Of a stretch of 64,000 nucleotides of DNA, positions 1 to 14,000 are shown in pieces (within the stretch, counting starts at the first letter, position 1; every line of letters starts with the position of its first letter). The notes under the pieces are model-generated. The model had not been told where the DNA came from. It saw only the letters and a list, made by a program, of their open reading frames with translations, and made no database searches. Source of the stretch: Antedon mediterranea (Eukaryota; Animalia; Echinodermata). Made by a program: the position numbers and the translations under genes. The stretch spans positions 15,658,912 to 15,722,911 of the forward strand of contig NC_092675.1 of NCBI RefSeq assembly GCF_964355755.1, written 5' to 3'.

Positions 1-3000
1 TTTCTAAAGTAAACCGTGAACCGTTTATTTTTATTACAAAATCTAGAAGTTGATGAGTTGCAGATATCGGATCATGCATCGATAAGGCTAAAAAAACATT
101 GTGACGTCATCGTATGGCCACACGAATGTAAAATATAGGATTTTTGTCTCTTTCGTTATTGCTCATCACATTCAATGGAGCGCATCACGCTTATCTGTAT
201 TCCTTTTTCTCCTACATTTATACATTGTGTAGGTCAATCAACTTTCTTTAGCATGAGATAAAAATATTTTAATTTTTATGACGTCATCATGCCTAAAAAT
301 TTTAATTACGTGGGTCATTAATTTCATCTTTACAGTAAATTTTAATCTGTAATAGCTCGTAAGAATAAAATGTGATAATCACGATTAAAACGTTTTATGG
401 AAGCTATTGGATTGTAGATACGAATTCATGTAAACATTTTGCCAATCGGATGTTGTGACGTCATCATATGGCCAGTTGAATAAAAAAAGTCGTATTTTCA
501 TATTTTGCGTAATAGTTCATCACATTTAAAAGGGTGCGCATCAATATTTTACGTATTCAAATTTCTTCTACACGTTAATATGTTGTTCCTGAGATAATTT
601 CCTTCTGAAAGTGCTATCTAAGTGTTTCATTTTGATACCGTCGCCATGTTAAAAATTGGAATAAATGGCGGGTCCCGTAATTTCACCTATTCTACACTGT
701 ATGTAATATGTATACAGATTATACTGTTTGCATGTATATACTATATGACACGAAATTGACAGAATTCAGCACTAACAGCATATCATATTCTTCAGTTCTT
801 GTCATAATGCCATAATCTTTATCTGTGTGCAATATTCCAACGTAAGACGTGCACGTGGCGTTTATCGTGGTGCGGATAACTAACTCGTCAAAGTGACGAG
901 TTTCATGTCTAGTTTTTTCTTATTTCTTTCTCCCTCATTTTTGTGTCTCACGTATCTCAAAAACTTGTAAACATAACATTTCATTACTTTGTCAACATAT
1001 GGGCATTTACGTGAAGTTGTGCACCTCCTATTTTTGAATGACGTCAGAGTTGCGCAACGTGACTTACGTGCGATTTTATGATTTTTTATGATTGATCATA
1101 GACTAAAAACCAAGCATAAATTTGTTTTGACACTTTGTAAAAATTTAAGTCATATCAAGGGAAAACTTTTTGTGGATTAAAAATGCCATGTTTTACAAGA
1201 CGTTACGCGCGCACGCGCATTTCTCCTCTATTTTTGTGTCTCGCGTATCTAAAAAACGTGTAAACATAACATTTCATAACTTTGTCAACATATGGGCATT
1301 CACGTGAAGTTGTGCACCTCCTATTGTGAATGACGTGAGAAATGCGCAACGTGACTTACGCACAATTTTATGAATTTCGCGTATTTAACATAGATTTAAA
1401 ACCATATAACAATTTAAATTGAAACTTAGCAAAAGTTTAATTTATATCATGCGCTAACTTTCTGTGGATAAAAAATTGCGTGTTTTACACAAAGTTACGC
1501 GCGCACGCTAATTTAAAATTCAAAATGCGAAAAATCAATTTCTAATCAACTTTCTACGTGTTTCATGTCATTTTAAGCATGTAAAAAATTCCCACGCGCG
1601 CGCTTTTTTTTACGCGCGCGGTGCGAACGTAGCGTTGAAAACCATTTTTCTCTCGTGATTTATGTTTTCAAGCCTTTTATAGTAATTTTACCAACTTTGA
1701 AACAATTTCGACTTCAAATTACGTCATACGGGCACGTCGAATTGGATAATTTATTTGCGTTTTTGAGGAAAAAGTTCAAACATTTGTCAAAATTATACCT
1801 TTTTTTAAACAATCATAGATTCTAAACTACGAGGTGAACTTTGTTTAAATTACATATCCAGGAAGATGATAAGTTGTAGATAAGGAATCATGCATTGATA
1901 TGGCAAACCGGACATTGTGACGTCATCGTATGGCCACGCGAATATAAAATATAGGATTTTTGTATCTTTCGTCATAGCGCATCTCATTTAATAGAGCGCC
2001 TCTCCACTTATCCGTATTCCATTTTAACCCAGATTTTGAAATTTTCTAGGTCAATCAACTATCTTACGCAAGAGTAAACATTTTTTTATTTTTATGACGT
2101 CATAATGTCTAAAAATATAAATAACGTGGGTCACTTATATTTATCTTTACAGTAAATTTTAATCTGTTATAGCTCATCAGAATAAAATGTGATAATCACG
2201 ATTAAAACGTTTTCTGGAAGCTATTGGATTGTAGATACGAATTCATGTAAACATTTTGCCAATCGGATGTTGGGACGTCATCATATGGCCAGTTGAATAA
2301 AAAAAGACGTATTTTCATATTTTGCGTAATAGTTCATCACATTTAAAAGGGTGCGCATCTATATTTTACGTATTCAAATTTCTTCTACACGTTAATATGT
2401 TGTTCCTGAGATAATTTCCTTCTGAAATTGCTATCTAAGTGTTTCATTTTGATACCGTCGCCATGTTAAAAATTGGAATAAATGGCGGGTCCCGTAATTT
2501 CACCTATTCTACACTGTATGTAATATGTATACAGATTATACTGTTTGCATGTATATACTATATGACACAAAATTGACAGAATTCAGCACTAACAGCATAT
2601 CATATTCTTCAGTTCAGGTCATAATGCCTTAATATTTTTCTGTGTGCAATATTCTAATGTATGACGTGCGCGTGGCGTTTGTCGAGCGGATAACTAACTC
2701 GTCAACGTGACGAGTTTCATGTCTAGTTCTTTCTTTCTGTCAATTTTGTGTCTCGCGTATCTCAAAAACTTGTAAACAAAACATTTTATAACTTTGTCAA
2801 CATGTGGGCATTCACGTGAAATTGTGCACCTCCTATTGTGAATGACGTCAGAATTGCGCAACGTGATTTACGCGCGTTTTAACGAATTTCGCGTATTTAA
2901 CATAGATCGAAAACCATATAGCAATTTAAATTGAAACTTAACAAAAGTTTAATTTATATCTTGCACTAACTGACTGTGGAAAAAAAATGGCATGTTTCAC

Positions 3001-6000
3001 AAGAAGTTACGCGCGCACGGGCGTTTAAAATTTCAAAATGCGAAAAATCAATTTCTAATCAACTTTCTACGCGTTTCATGTCATTTTGAGCATGTCAAAA
3101 ATTCCCACGCGCGCGCATATTTTTACTCGCACGGTGCGCACGTAGCGTTGAAAATCAATTTTTTTCGCGTGATTCATGTTTTTCCAGCCTTTTCTGGTAA
3201 TTTTACCAACTTTTGAACAATTTTGACCTAAAATTACGTCATACGGGCACATCCAATTGGATAATTTACGTGCGTTTTTTATGAAAAAGTTCAAAAATTT
3301 GTCATTCATTCATAGATTCTAAACTACGAGGTGAACTTTTTTTAAATTATATATTCTGGAAGTTGATGAGTTGTAGATATGGAATCATGCATTAATATGG
3401 CTAATCGGACATTATAACGTCATCGTATGGCCACGCGAATATAAAATATAGGATTTTTATATCTTTCGTCATAGCGCATCACATTTAATAGAGCGCATCT
3501 CCACTTATCCGTTTTTTATTTTCACCCCGATTTTGATATTGTCTAGGTGAATGAACTATCTTTCGCATGAGTTAAAAATATTTTAATTTTTATGACGTCA
3601 TCATGTCGAAAATTGTAAATAACGTAGGTCACTTATTTTCATCTTTACAGTAAATTTCAATCTGTTATAGCTCATCAGAATAAAAAGTGATAATCATGAT
3701 TAAAACGTTTTCTGGAAGCTATGGGATTGTAGATACGAATTCATGTAAACATTTTGCCAATCGGATGTTGTAACGTCATCATATGGCCAGTTGAATAAAA
3801 AAAGTTGTATTTTCATATTTTGCGTAATAGTTCATCACATTTAAAAGGGTGCGCATCTATATTTTACGTATTCAAATTTCTTCTACACGTTAATATGTTG
3901 TTCCTAAGATAATTTCCTTCTGAAATTGCTATTTAAGTGTTTCATTTTGATACCGTCGCCATGTTAAAAATTGGAATAAATGGCGGGTCCCGTAATTTCA
4001 CCTTTTCTACACTGTATGTAATATGTATGCAGATTATACTGTAGTGTTTGCATGTATACTATAATATGACACAAAATTGACAGAATTCAGCACTAACAGC
4101 ATATCATATTCTTCAGTTCTTGTCATAATGCCATAATCTTTATATGTGTGCAATATTCCAACGTATGACGTGCACGTGGCGTTTGTCGTGGTGCGGATAA
4201 CTAACTCGTCAAAGTGACGAGTTTCATGTCTAGTATTATTCTTCTTTCTTTCTCCTCCATTTTTGTGTCCCGCGTATCTCAAAAACTTGTAAACATAACA
4301 TTTCATAACTTTGTCAACATATGGGCATTTACGTGAAGTTGTGCACCTCCTTTTTTGAATGACGTCAGAGTTGCGCAACGTGACTTACGTGCGATTTTAT
4401 GATTTTTTATGATTGATCATAGGCTAAAAACCAAGCATAATTTTATTTTGACACTTTCTGAAAATTTAAGTCATATCAAGGGCAAACTTTTTGTGGATTA
4501 AAAATGCCATGTTTTACAAGACGTTACGCGCGCACGTGCATTTCTCCTCTATTTTTGGGTCTCGCTTTTATCAAAAATGTGTAAACATAACATTTCATAA
4601 CTTTGTCAACATATGGGCATTCACGTGAAGTTGTGCACCTACTATTGTGAATGACGTCAGAAATGCGTAACGTGACTTACGCGTGATTTTATGAATTTCC
4701 CGTATTCAACATAGATTGAAAACCATATAACTATGTACTGTAAGTTGAAACTTAGCAAAAGTTTAATTTATATCTTGCGCTAACTTTTTGTGCACTAAAA
4801 ATGGCATTTTTTAAACGAAGTTACGCGCGCACGCGCATTTAAAATTTAAAATGCGCAAAATTAATTTCTAATCAACTTTCTACGCTGATCATGACATTTT
4901 GAGCATGTCAAAAATTCCCACGCGCGCGAACAATTTTACGTGCGTGGTCCGCACGTAGCGCTAAAAACATCTTTTTTTGCGTGAATTATGTCTTTCCAGC
5001 CTTTTATAGTAATTTTATCAAATTTTAAAACAATTTAGACTTAAAATTACGTCATACGAGCACGTCGAATTATACAATTTGTGCGTGTTTTTAAAGAAAT
5101 AATTCAAAAATTCGTCAAAATTATGCCTTTTTTAAACAATCATAGATTCTAAACTACGAGGTAAACTTTTTTTTACTTACATATTCTGGAAGGTGATGAG
5201 TTGTAGATATAGGATCATTAATCAATATGGCTAACCGGACATTGTGACATCATCGTATGGCCACACGAATATAAAATATATGATTTTTGTCTCTTTCGTT
5301 TATTGCTCATCACATTAAATGGTGCGCATCACGCTTTATCTGTATTCCTTTTTCTCCGAGATTTTAATATTGTCTAGGTCAATCAACTATCTTATGCATG
5401 TGTTAAAAATATTTAATTTTTATGACATAATCATGCCTAAAAATTTAAATTACGTGTATACAGATTATACTGTGTACTTTAAAATGTATATACTATATGA
5501 CACAAAATAGACAGAATTTAGCACTAACAACATATCATATTCTTCAGTTCAGGTCATAATGCCATAATCTTTTTCTGTGTGCAACATTCCAACGTATGAC
5601 GCGCACGTGGCGTTTGTCGAGCGGATAACTAACTCGTCAAAGTGACGAGTTTCATGTCTAGTTCTTCTTTCTTTCCCGGAATTTTGTTGCATGCATATCT
5701 CTCATCCTTGTCAACATAAGATTGTATAACTTGGTCATCATATAGACATTTCCCTGAAGTTGTGCACCTCCATATTTTGAATGACGTCAGAGTTGCGCAA
5801 CGTGACTTACGCGCGATTTTATGAATTTCAATGATTGATCATAGGATAAAAAATAAGTCATTTTAAATTGAAACTTAGTGAAAATTTAAGTCATATCATG
5901 CGCAAACTTTCTATGGATTAAAAATGGCATGTTTCACAAAAAGTTACGCGCGCACGCGCATTTAAAATTTCAAAATGCGAAATATCAATTTCTAATCAAC

Positions 6001-6763
6001 TTTCTACGCGTTTCATGTCATTTTGAGCATTTCAAAAATTCCAACGCGTGCGCAATTTTTTTACGCGCGCATGCGCACGTAGCGCAAAAACATCCTTTTT
6101 TTGCTGGATTTTTGTTTTTTCAGCCTTTTCTAGTAAATTTATCAATTTTCAATCAATTTCGCATTAAAATTACGTCACACGAACACGTAGAATTGGATAA
6201 TTTGCACGCGTTTTTGATGAAAAAGTTCAAAATTTCGTGAAAATTATGCCTTTTTTAAAACTGTCATAGATTCTAAACTACGTGGTGAACTTTTTTGAAA
6301 TTACATATTCTGGAAGTAGATGAGTTGTATTTCTCGAATCATGCATTGATATGGCTAACCGGACATTGTGACGTCATCGTATGGCCACCCGAATATAAAA
6401 TATAGGTTTTTTTCTCTTTCGTCATAGCGCATCACATTTAATAGAGCGCATCTCTACTTATCCACATTCCATTTTCCCCCATTTCTTTATATTGTCTAGG
6501 TCAATCAATTATCTTTCACATGATTTGCCATTTTAAAAATTGTGATGACGTCATCATGTTCAAAACCGTCATTAACTTTGGTCACTTATTTTCACCTATT
6601 CTGAACTGTATGTAGTACGTATACAGAATATAGTGTATACTGTATATACTTTGACGTGACGCAAAATAGAGAGCGCACTAACATTTTTTCAACGTATGAC
6701 GTGCACGTGGCGTTTGCGCTGCGGATAACCTAACTCGTCCGTAGTGACGAGTTCAAATCTAGT
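1..6763 (+). mobile_element. Stack of at least 5 Helentron-associated non-autonomous elements (HINE/DINE-1-like), monomers ~1.1-1.8 kb
   Basis: The same 3' terminus recurs five times: subterminal GCGGATAAC, hairpin ACTCGTCA-aag-TGACGAGT (variant in the last copy), then CTAGT, ending at 913, 2727, 4234, 5662 and 6763. Bodies are mutually homologous and match the solo copy at 39255-40860. The subTIR + 3' hairpin + CTAG + T-rich target architecture is the established HINE structure. Confidence 0.8.
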
Positions 6764-7353
6764 TTATACTGTAATTGTAAATTAAATAAACTACAGTAAT
6801 TTTTCTTATGACGCGACTTGACTTCGCCTGACACGTTTTACATTGACAGTGACGCGATTTGATATTAAGTGACGCGATCTAACGCATCGGGACGTAACAA
6901 CGTACAATTACCACGGTACTCGTCCACGCTTTTTGCCTGTTACTTCAGCGGGATGTTTTTAATCTTTCGGGCTAGCGATGGTCTTTTATCAAGGTAATTG
7001 TGCATATGTGATATACAGTATTTTGTTGAAAAAGTTTAAATTATTACTTAGAACATGTTAATATATTGATCTATGACAATTTTTTACTCGGGGTACCCGA
7101 GTCTAGTACTTACTCATTTTCTCCTTCTCTTCCTCCATCTGGACACTATTGAGTAAAAAGTGCGATTTTTAAAGTACTACTCCTCCCTTATTCGTTATAG
7201 TATTGAGCTGGGATTTGGCATGAACATACTACAGGGACATGTCCTCAAAGCTATAGAGCCGGATTTTTAATTTTTTGTTAATTAATTTGTTTAATTAAGA
7301 AGCCACAATGTGTGACACACACCACAGCGTTATGTAGTTATATGGTTATATGC

Positions 7354-7426
7354 GGATTCTTGGCGTAGTGGTTATCACGTTTGCTTAACACGCAGAAGGT
7401 ACCTGGTTCGAGCCCGGACGAAACCT
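7354..7426 (+). pseudogene. tRNA-Val(AAC)-derived copy, degenerate
   Basis: GGATTCTTGGCGTAGTGGTTATCACGTTTGCTTAACACGCAGAAGGTACCTGGTTCGAGCCCGGACGAAACC has A and B boxes, an AAC anticodon loop and a downstream T-run, but mismatches in the acceptor and T stems. Confidence 0.75.
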
Positions 7427-7637
7427 TTTTTTTAAACTTTATGGTGAAAAGTACTGTATACGCAATATGATAATTATACAGAGTATATCTTATTTTTATT
7501 ATTTTTTAAAATACTTATTTTGTGTAATCGGTAATTATCACTTTTACACATGTTTATTTTGCTTTGTGCTTATTACCATTTATTTGTAATTTAAATGGAT
7601 TAAAAAACTTTCTGTAACCCACATTTTTAATGTAAGA

Positions 7638-7709
7638 GGTTTCGTAGTGTAGTGGTTGTCAAGTCTGCTTAACACGCAGAAGGTCCCGGTTCGAGCCCTG
7701 GCGAAACCT
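7638..7709 (+). tRNA. tRNA-Val(AAC), near-intact (possibly a pseudogene)
   Basis: Perfect acceptor stem GGTTTCG/CGAAACC, anticodon arm TCTGC-TT-AAC-AC-GCAGA and T-loop GGTTCGAGCC. One D-stem and one T-stem mismatch. TTTT follows shortly downstream. Confidence 0.7.
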
Positions 7710-9215
7710 ATTTTCTTTACTTTCTAACTGTATACGTCTGTATACAGCTTCTTTCGCTGTACCCCGAGTATTGCACATTCGTGCTTGTTTGTATACTAAA
7801 GAGGTTGGAGCGAAAAGTGTTTTCTAGTGGCTTTTTTTTCTTCACCCGATGGCCTATTTACAGCAAAGGCCCATTACCATAAAAATGGAGTTATACATTT
7901 TTTTAGATGCAACGAAAATGAACAAGAATTATCTGAGTTTCTGACTAATGAAAGTAGGTCTACTGCACAAATGCAGGATTAGTTTGTAGTAAGTACTTTG
8001 AAAGACGGTGTTCTCTTCTCTTAACTCATGAAAATGAGAACTTTCCGAACTTGTCTCATATGCAACATCAAAGAGGTCAACGAAAGAATGCTACTTTACA
8101 TCAAAACTTTTTCCAAATGGCATCTAACAATTCAATTCAACTTTTATTTCAGACAATTGTCCATATGGTATAATACATTACAAAAAAAAAGAAAAGATGA
8201 AGGAGAGAGGACCAAAACTTTTATCTAACACATCACAGTTTAGCAAACAAGTCGGCATAGATGAGCTCAGTGATCTGTCATACTTTATGCCTATCCTATC
8301 ACATCAAAAGTCAAAAATTCAGAATAATAATTCCTGGTCATTTTGCGTTAAGTAATTTATTTCGGTAAAAAAATTAGGTGCATTTATACCAATGTAAACC
8401 ACATACAGTATGTTCACATAATTATATATGTCAAAGGTTATAAATTGTATTTCCAGTCATTTTATGTGAAAATGTTTCATTACTACAAATATAATTTAAA
8501 TGTCTCTATTCTGAACAAAATGACACCAAAATCGAATCAAAGGTCAAACTGGAAGAAACGTCATTTCCGGTCATTTCTGGACGAAACTTTTCATTAGAGC
8601 AAATAGAAATATGTGGTTTGTGAACAATTTAACACCAGAATCAAGTCTCTACTGTTTATAGTTGTCAAGACTACACCACAACAGTTTTTGTTTTTATGGT
8701 GGCCATTTTGAAATAAAGATCGACACTTGGCACCCCCCGATATTTTGAATCTATATACATGAAAGAAACTTTGTGGAAAGTTTCATGCTTTGGTAATAAA
8801 GTGCACAACTTGGCTATTTTTATAGCATTAACTGCTCTACTATATGTACTGTAGGTATGTTTAACAAAATCAACTTTTTAAAATAAAAGCACATTCTTTA
8901 ACAATAACACATTGTTGATTGAGTATAAGACATATCACTTCAGCAACATTTTAAACTGAATTATTAACACCTTTTCATATTTCTGTCAAATTGTTAGATG
9001 TGATATCCCCCTCTATTTTTTTTAAATATCCATTTTCGCCATCATATTAGGCCTATTACTATTATACCTTTCCGTAAGTCATATTCTGATTTTTTAATTC
9101 ATTCTATGTCACCTGTACCAAAAGCAGAATTTTGGTAGCGTTTGAAATCGGTCGCAAAAAATCAACTTCCGGCAATTTGTATGGCGCGCCGCTAGAGCTA
9201 TACTTCTGATGATAT

Positions 9216-10267
9216 CGGTTGCGTTTGAAATCGGTCGCGCTATTTTGTATGGGGTGGGATGCATGCAAGCGGTATATACATTTTCTTTGTATATATACAG
9301 TAGATGTAATTGATATTTTTTAGGAACTGCATTATTTATGTGGATTTTTTTATGGTTAATAAATATTATCAATAATTAAATTGTGTAGAGAACAATATAT
9401 TAAAAAACAATCATTTTTACAATGTATGTAAAGTCAGCGTATTTATTTTAATAATAATTAAAATTTAACTTTTTAATATCAAATAATGACTTTTTTAAAT
9501 TTTTCTGCAATCTGACGGATCACTTTTATCGTTTATGAAATATTTAGCTCCCCTAATCTATAATGCTGGATCGTAACAGTGCCTTAAAAGAGTGCATAAT
9601 CTAAAATAATTGCATTCTTCTGGGCTGAATTTTTATTTTATTTTATTTATTTTCTAGGCCTAGTTTGCCCATTACAAAGTATGCACTTGTCAATTGTATG
9701 AGCCACTATACGACCCCCGGGAGAGGTGCGTCATTTGTCCGATGTGTGTCATACCTTATGAATACCATGACACACCCATGCGTAAAAAATGTGACTTACT
9801 TTTAAGTTTTAGATGAAAATGACGCACCCATTTTGAAACACTATGACCATGTTGTTTATGATTGTTGTTTTTGAGTGGTAAAGTGACCAACATTGACACA
9901 CCATCGTTCATTGATGTGTGACGTACCTTCTAGTTTTCTTTACACACCTCTGCCCCTGCGTCAGTAATTATTTATAAATGACGCACCTCTCCCGGGGGTT
10001 GTATAGTGGGTCATATAATTGACAAGTGCAACCAAAATAAAACGCGACTGATAATTTATCAAACATAACCAGGCCCTAGGCAAGGCCTAACTAGGCTATA
10101 ATAGTAATAATAGGCCTACCTACGGCCAGGCTTAGCCTAGGCCTAGTAATAAATATGATTAATAATACTTAATAGCGTATCTAGCACTGAGAAGCGCTCC
10201 ATACAAAATACCAGATGTCGATTTTATCGCGACTGATTTCAAGCGCGACCGATTTCAAGCGAGACCG
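9216..10267. mobile_element. Degenerate MITE-like element with TTGAAATCGGTCGC-containing inverted ends
   Basis: Left CGGTTGCGTTTGAAATCGGTCGCG...TATTTTGTATGG is the inverted match of right CCATACAAAATA...GCGCGACCGATTTCAAGCGAGACCG. No TSD found. Confidence 0.4.
9682..10030. mobile_element. MITE with ~55-bp TIRs (TGCACTTGTCAATT...)
   Basis: TGCACTTGTCAATTGTATGAGCCACTATACGACCCCCGGGAGAGGTGCGTCA at the left is inverted at the right end. A shorter relative lies at 27130-27249. Confidence 0.75.
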
Positions 10268-10840
10268 AAGCGTTGTCTCTTGTAGTGGGAAGCCTAGCTA
10301 GTAAATAATAAGCCTAGCCTAGGCCCTACTGTGTAGGCCTAGTTTTGGGGTAAGCGTAGGCCTAGCCTAGCTAGGCTAGAGAAAAAAAATAAAATTGACC
10401 ACCGCGCCGGAAATTTGGCTTTAATTTAGCCTGTGTGATTATAGTATTATTGTGTATGTATTGTATGATTCTACAAAATGAATTGTTACATAGGCCTAGA
10501 TCCATACATACCCATGCTATAAGGCTGCTACATAGGTTGTGATGAGACATTATTAAATGTAAATTAAATAAATAAAACGAAACAATTTTGCCTTGACTTT
10601 CTTTCACGAAGTCTCCTCCACACTACTCTCTGTGAACGTCGTTGTTGTCGTCGTCAATCGTCTTTTTAACAAATTCCAACAAGAAAATAATGTACTGCCC
10701 TCTATGTTGATCAGTGGGCGTCGACCAAAGATCTTCTATACTAAAGATGTGACACTACCCGCGTTTACGCGTAACACTTTAGAAGCGTCAAATTATAGTG
10801 CGCCCCCTCGCTTCGTGACGATCGCAGTATTCTTTAGAAA

Positions 10841-10934
10841 ATGGGATTGAGGACTGTGCTGCAATTAATTGTAAAAGCAATTCAAAGGCCAACCCAGAAC
10901 TTAAGTTTGACAATTTTCCCAAAGACAAGAACAG
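10841..10934 (+). pseudogene. P-transposase exon 1 (N-terminal THAP half), frameshifted after the ATG
   Basis: Reads CAAINCKSNSKANPELKFDNFPKDKN-R, then a GT donor at 10935. The ATG at 10841 is out of frame with this reading. Confidence 0.8.
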
Positions 10935-11034
10935 GTAAATTTATGTAATTAAATAAGTAGCCAACATCTTAACATAATGCTATGTAGGCCTAGGGACTAA
11001 TCTTACTTTACTGTATTCAATTTATACATATTAA

Positions 11035-14000
11035 GAGCCATTGTCTGTAAGAATCAAAGAAATATCAAAAAGAGTGGCAGACTCAAAAAAATGGATTTCT
11101 TTCAAATTTTGCACATGGCTATATATGTGTTGAGAGAAATCAAATATGAAGTATTTTTTATTTCACACGTATATTTCCATGGCAACGGCCAAATTTGTGT
11201 TTTTGACAAATTTTGTCCTTTTTTAAGGTTTTTTAAAATGGATATTGGTACTACTTTGATGAACGATATTTTTGTGTTGTTCATTTAATTAAAAAAAAAA
11301 AATTAGTGTATGCATAATAACAATGCATTGTGTACCTGTTTCAAATTTTTTATTTTTTTTTATTTCATACTTTGGGAGATACCATTTATTTAAAAAGGGG
11401 TGTTTTTCACTTTTTTTAAATTGTTCAATGCAACTAAACTTTACTTCACCATAACGCCCAAAGTGGTGTATTTTTTTAGCTGATTTATTACAAATAGGTA
11501 GTTCTAATGTTTAATAATTGATTTCTAAAATAAAATACTGGGGTAAATTTAAAATCTACAAGCAGTGTTGCGAGAAACAGAGGCATTTTTATAAAAAAAA
11601 AACATGGTATATTAGTAAAAACATTTTATTTTCTTTGATTATTTGATTTGAAACTCATTGGTCAGAAAAATTCTTAATGTTTTATATAGTTCTAGTTGTG
11701 TTGTGAGAAAAAAAAATTAATTTTTAATTATAGATTCTGTAATTCCCAGTTTTAATGTCGTTTTATAGATTATATCCTCTGGAAATTTGAATAAATTATC
11801 AGATCGTTGTGAATTTTAATCTTTGCAACAGATTACTCCTCTCTTATTTTGAAGCTCCTCTTTCATTTGTTTACTTCTTTTATTTGCTAACCTAAGCAGA
11901 TCCCACATGCCCATCCACCACCACTTTCGACTACCACCCCCCCCCCCCCCCCCGACTATAACCGCAAAAAGATAAACTGCAACACTTTGGTCGATCATCC
12001 ACTATAGAGTGTCAAATGCATGCATTCAAGCACCACCCACACTGCCGCTACCATCGCCCCAACAAATAGACGGATTCAAACTCCTCCATCCCACCCCCTC
12101 CCCCTTTCTCCAAGCCCCCATCCACCCCAAGTTAAAAATGGCAATGCAAAAGATAGGACATAAAGTTAAGTTTTTAGACCCTCGCCTTCAACCCCCTAAC
12201 TATTTAAAAGTCCTGGATCCACCACTTTCCCCTCCCCAAAATAGAACCAATCAAAAGTCAATGATATACTCAGGTATGTTAATGCTACATAACAAATATT
12301 GAAGCCCTGATTTGAAATTTCATTTCATTTAAGGTCAGCATGTAAAATATCACACTTTATTATTAAATATTGGTTTTAAATTCTATATTTTTTTACTGTG
12401 ATGGTTGGATTCAGTATTAATTATTAATTGATAATTATCTGATAATTATTTAATTTCCCTTAGTTATGCATAGCAACAGTTACTATGGTAACTAAAAATG
12501 AGATATTCTTTAGATTTTGCATATTTATCTCATACAAATTTAAATTTGTAGATTATTAGCAGGCATGCCTTATTTGCATTTTCAAATTACCGTTTCACAA
12601 GGTCATATTCGTAAGCACTTTCTTCTGTGATTATTTTTATTCATGAAAACCCCATATTTTATTTACAGCGGCCACCTCCCTTAACGGATGCACTTTGAAA
12701 AGCCTGTTTGTTCTTCCTATCTAATTAGTGCATTTTGTGCTTACCGTAAGCAGCTGCGGGCACCTTTTTAAACTAAAAATGAGATTTTTTGTAAGCGGCC
12801 AATCGAAAAATGTGATACTTATTGCATGGACCTATGAATTAGAGGTGCATGTTTATTGTATTTCTTTATATATTAGCTTTATTTTGAAGAGGTTTTAAAA
12901 ACATTACTGTGAAGAGATGAGAAAACTACACAGATTTTGACCGAATTTTTCATATGATAAAAGTTTTTAAAATTTGTCTGAAAATGCTAAAAAATACTAA
13001 ACCACATGATTATAAATAATAATAGGCCTACAATTAGCTGGAAAATTGAGAGGCTCGTTTCGTTAAGAATATCGTATATAGCCATAATAAGTGATTTTGG
13101 CCCTTTATCGGCAGAACCTCCCGTAAGGGGTCACCGCCCGTAAGCGGCCACTTTTCCAGGTCCCGAGGGTGGCCACTTACTGTATTTAAAAAAACAATTA
13201 TCCTTAGTTATGCATAGAAACAGGTTCTAAGATAACATAAATAATACATTTTGACATAACTTGACCCAACAAATGACCCTTTCACAAGGTCAGACATTTT
13301 CTGGGATTCTGTAGATAAGTAAATTTGGGAAAAGGTAGTAAAGCTATGTAATCAATTGTTTGTAGTCATGAAACCCCAAATTAAAAATATTGTACTTAGT
13401 TACGTATAGAAACAGTTGCTACAATACACTATAGGTAAAATGTTGATGTCATTTGACCTCAATATGTAAAATTTTTTTTTTTTCATGAAACTCCATATTT
13501 AATTTTTTTTTTTTTAATATCATTTGTTACGTAAACAGGTTTAAGATAACACTAAAGGTCATTTTTTTTACCTTTATTCAGATTCGTCAAGACTTTCTTT
13601 CTGAGATTATTAGGATTCAGTATCTAAAGTAAATTTGGCAAAAAGTAGAAATGGAAAACTATGTAGAAAAAATGTTTTGTATTTATGAAAAACCCCTTAT
13701 TTTTTTTTAAATTTTCGCATAGAAACAGTTACTATGGTAAAATGTTGACCTCAAAATGAATGAATTTACAAGGTCAGGTTTGTCATTAATGGAATGCAGT
13801 AGAAGTAAAATTGAGAAAAATTACAAATGCAATCAATTCTTTGTATTTATAAAAACGCCATTTTTTACGTTTTTTTAAATTACTTTCCTTAGTTACACAT
13901 AGAAATGGTTGCTAAGGTAACACATAGGTAAAATATGAAAATTGTTGAGAATTGTTATGAACTATCTTGTAAATTTTGATAAAACATTAATAGTTGTAGT

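Larger units (their letters stand above)
7082..7790 (+). mobile_element. HINE/DINE-1-like element of a second family, carrying two tRNA-Val copies
   Basis: 5' subTIR TACTCGGGGTA (7085-7095) followed by a short inverted CCCGAGT. 3' subTIR TACCCCGAGTA (7760-7770) followed by hairpin GCAC-attc-GTGC (7773-7784). T-runs at both ends. Confidence 0.7.

Noticed and set aside
2992-6240. ORFs of 60-114 aa in the first 6.5 kb (and 40684-40926)
   Set aside because: These are translations of non-coding HINE repeats. There are no Rep/helicase motifs, and stops and frames differ between copies.
8270-8843. Possible DNA-transposon end (...AAAGTGCACAA...ACTGCTCTACTA)
   Set aside because: Only one putative terminus, with no partner TIR or TSD in the window; the family could not be supported.
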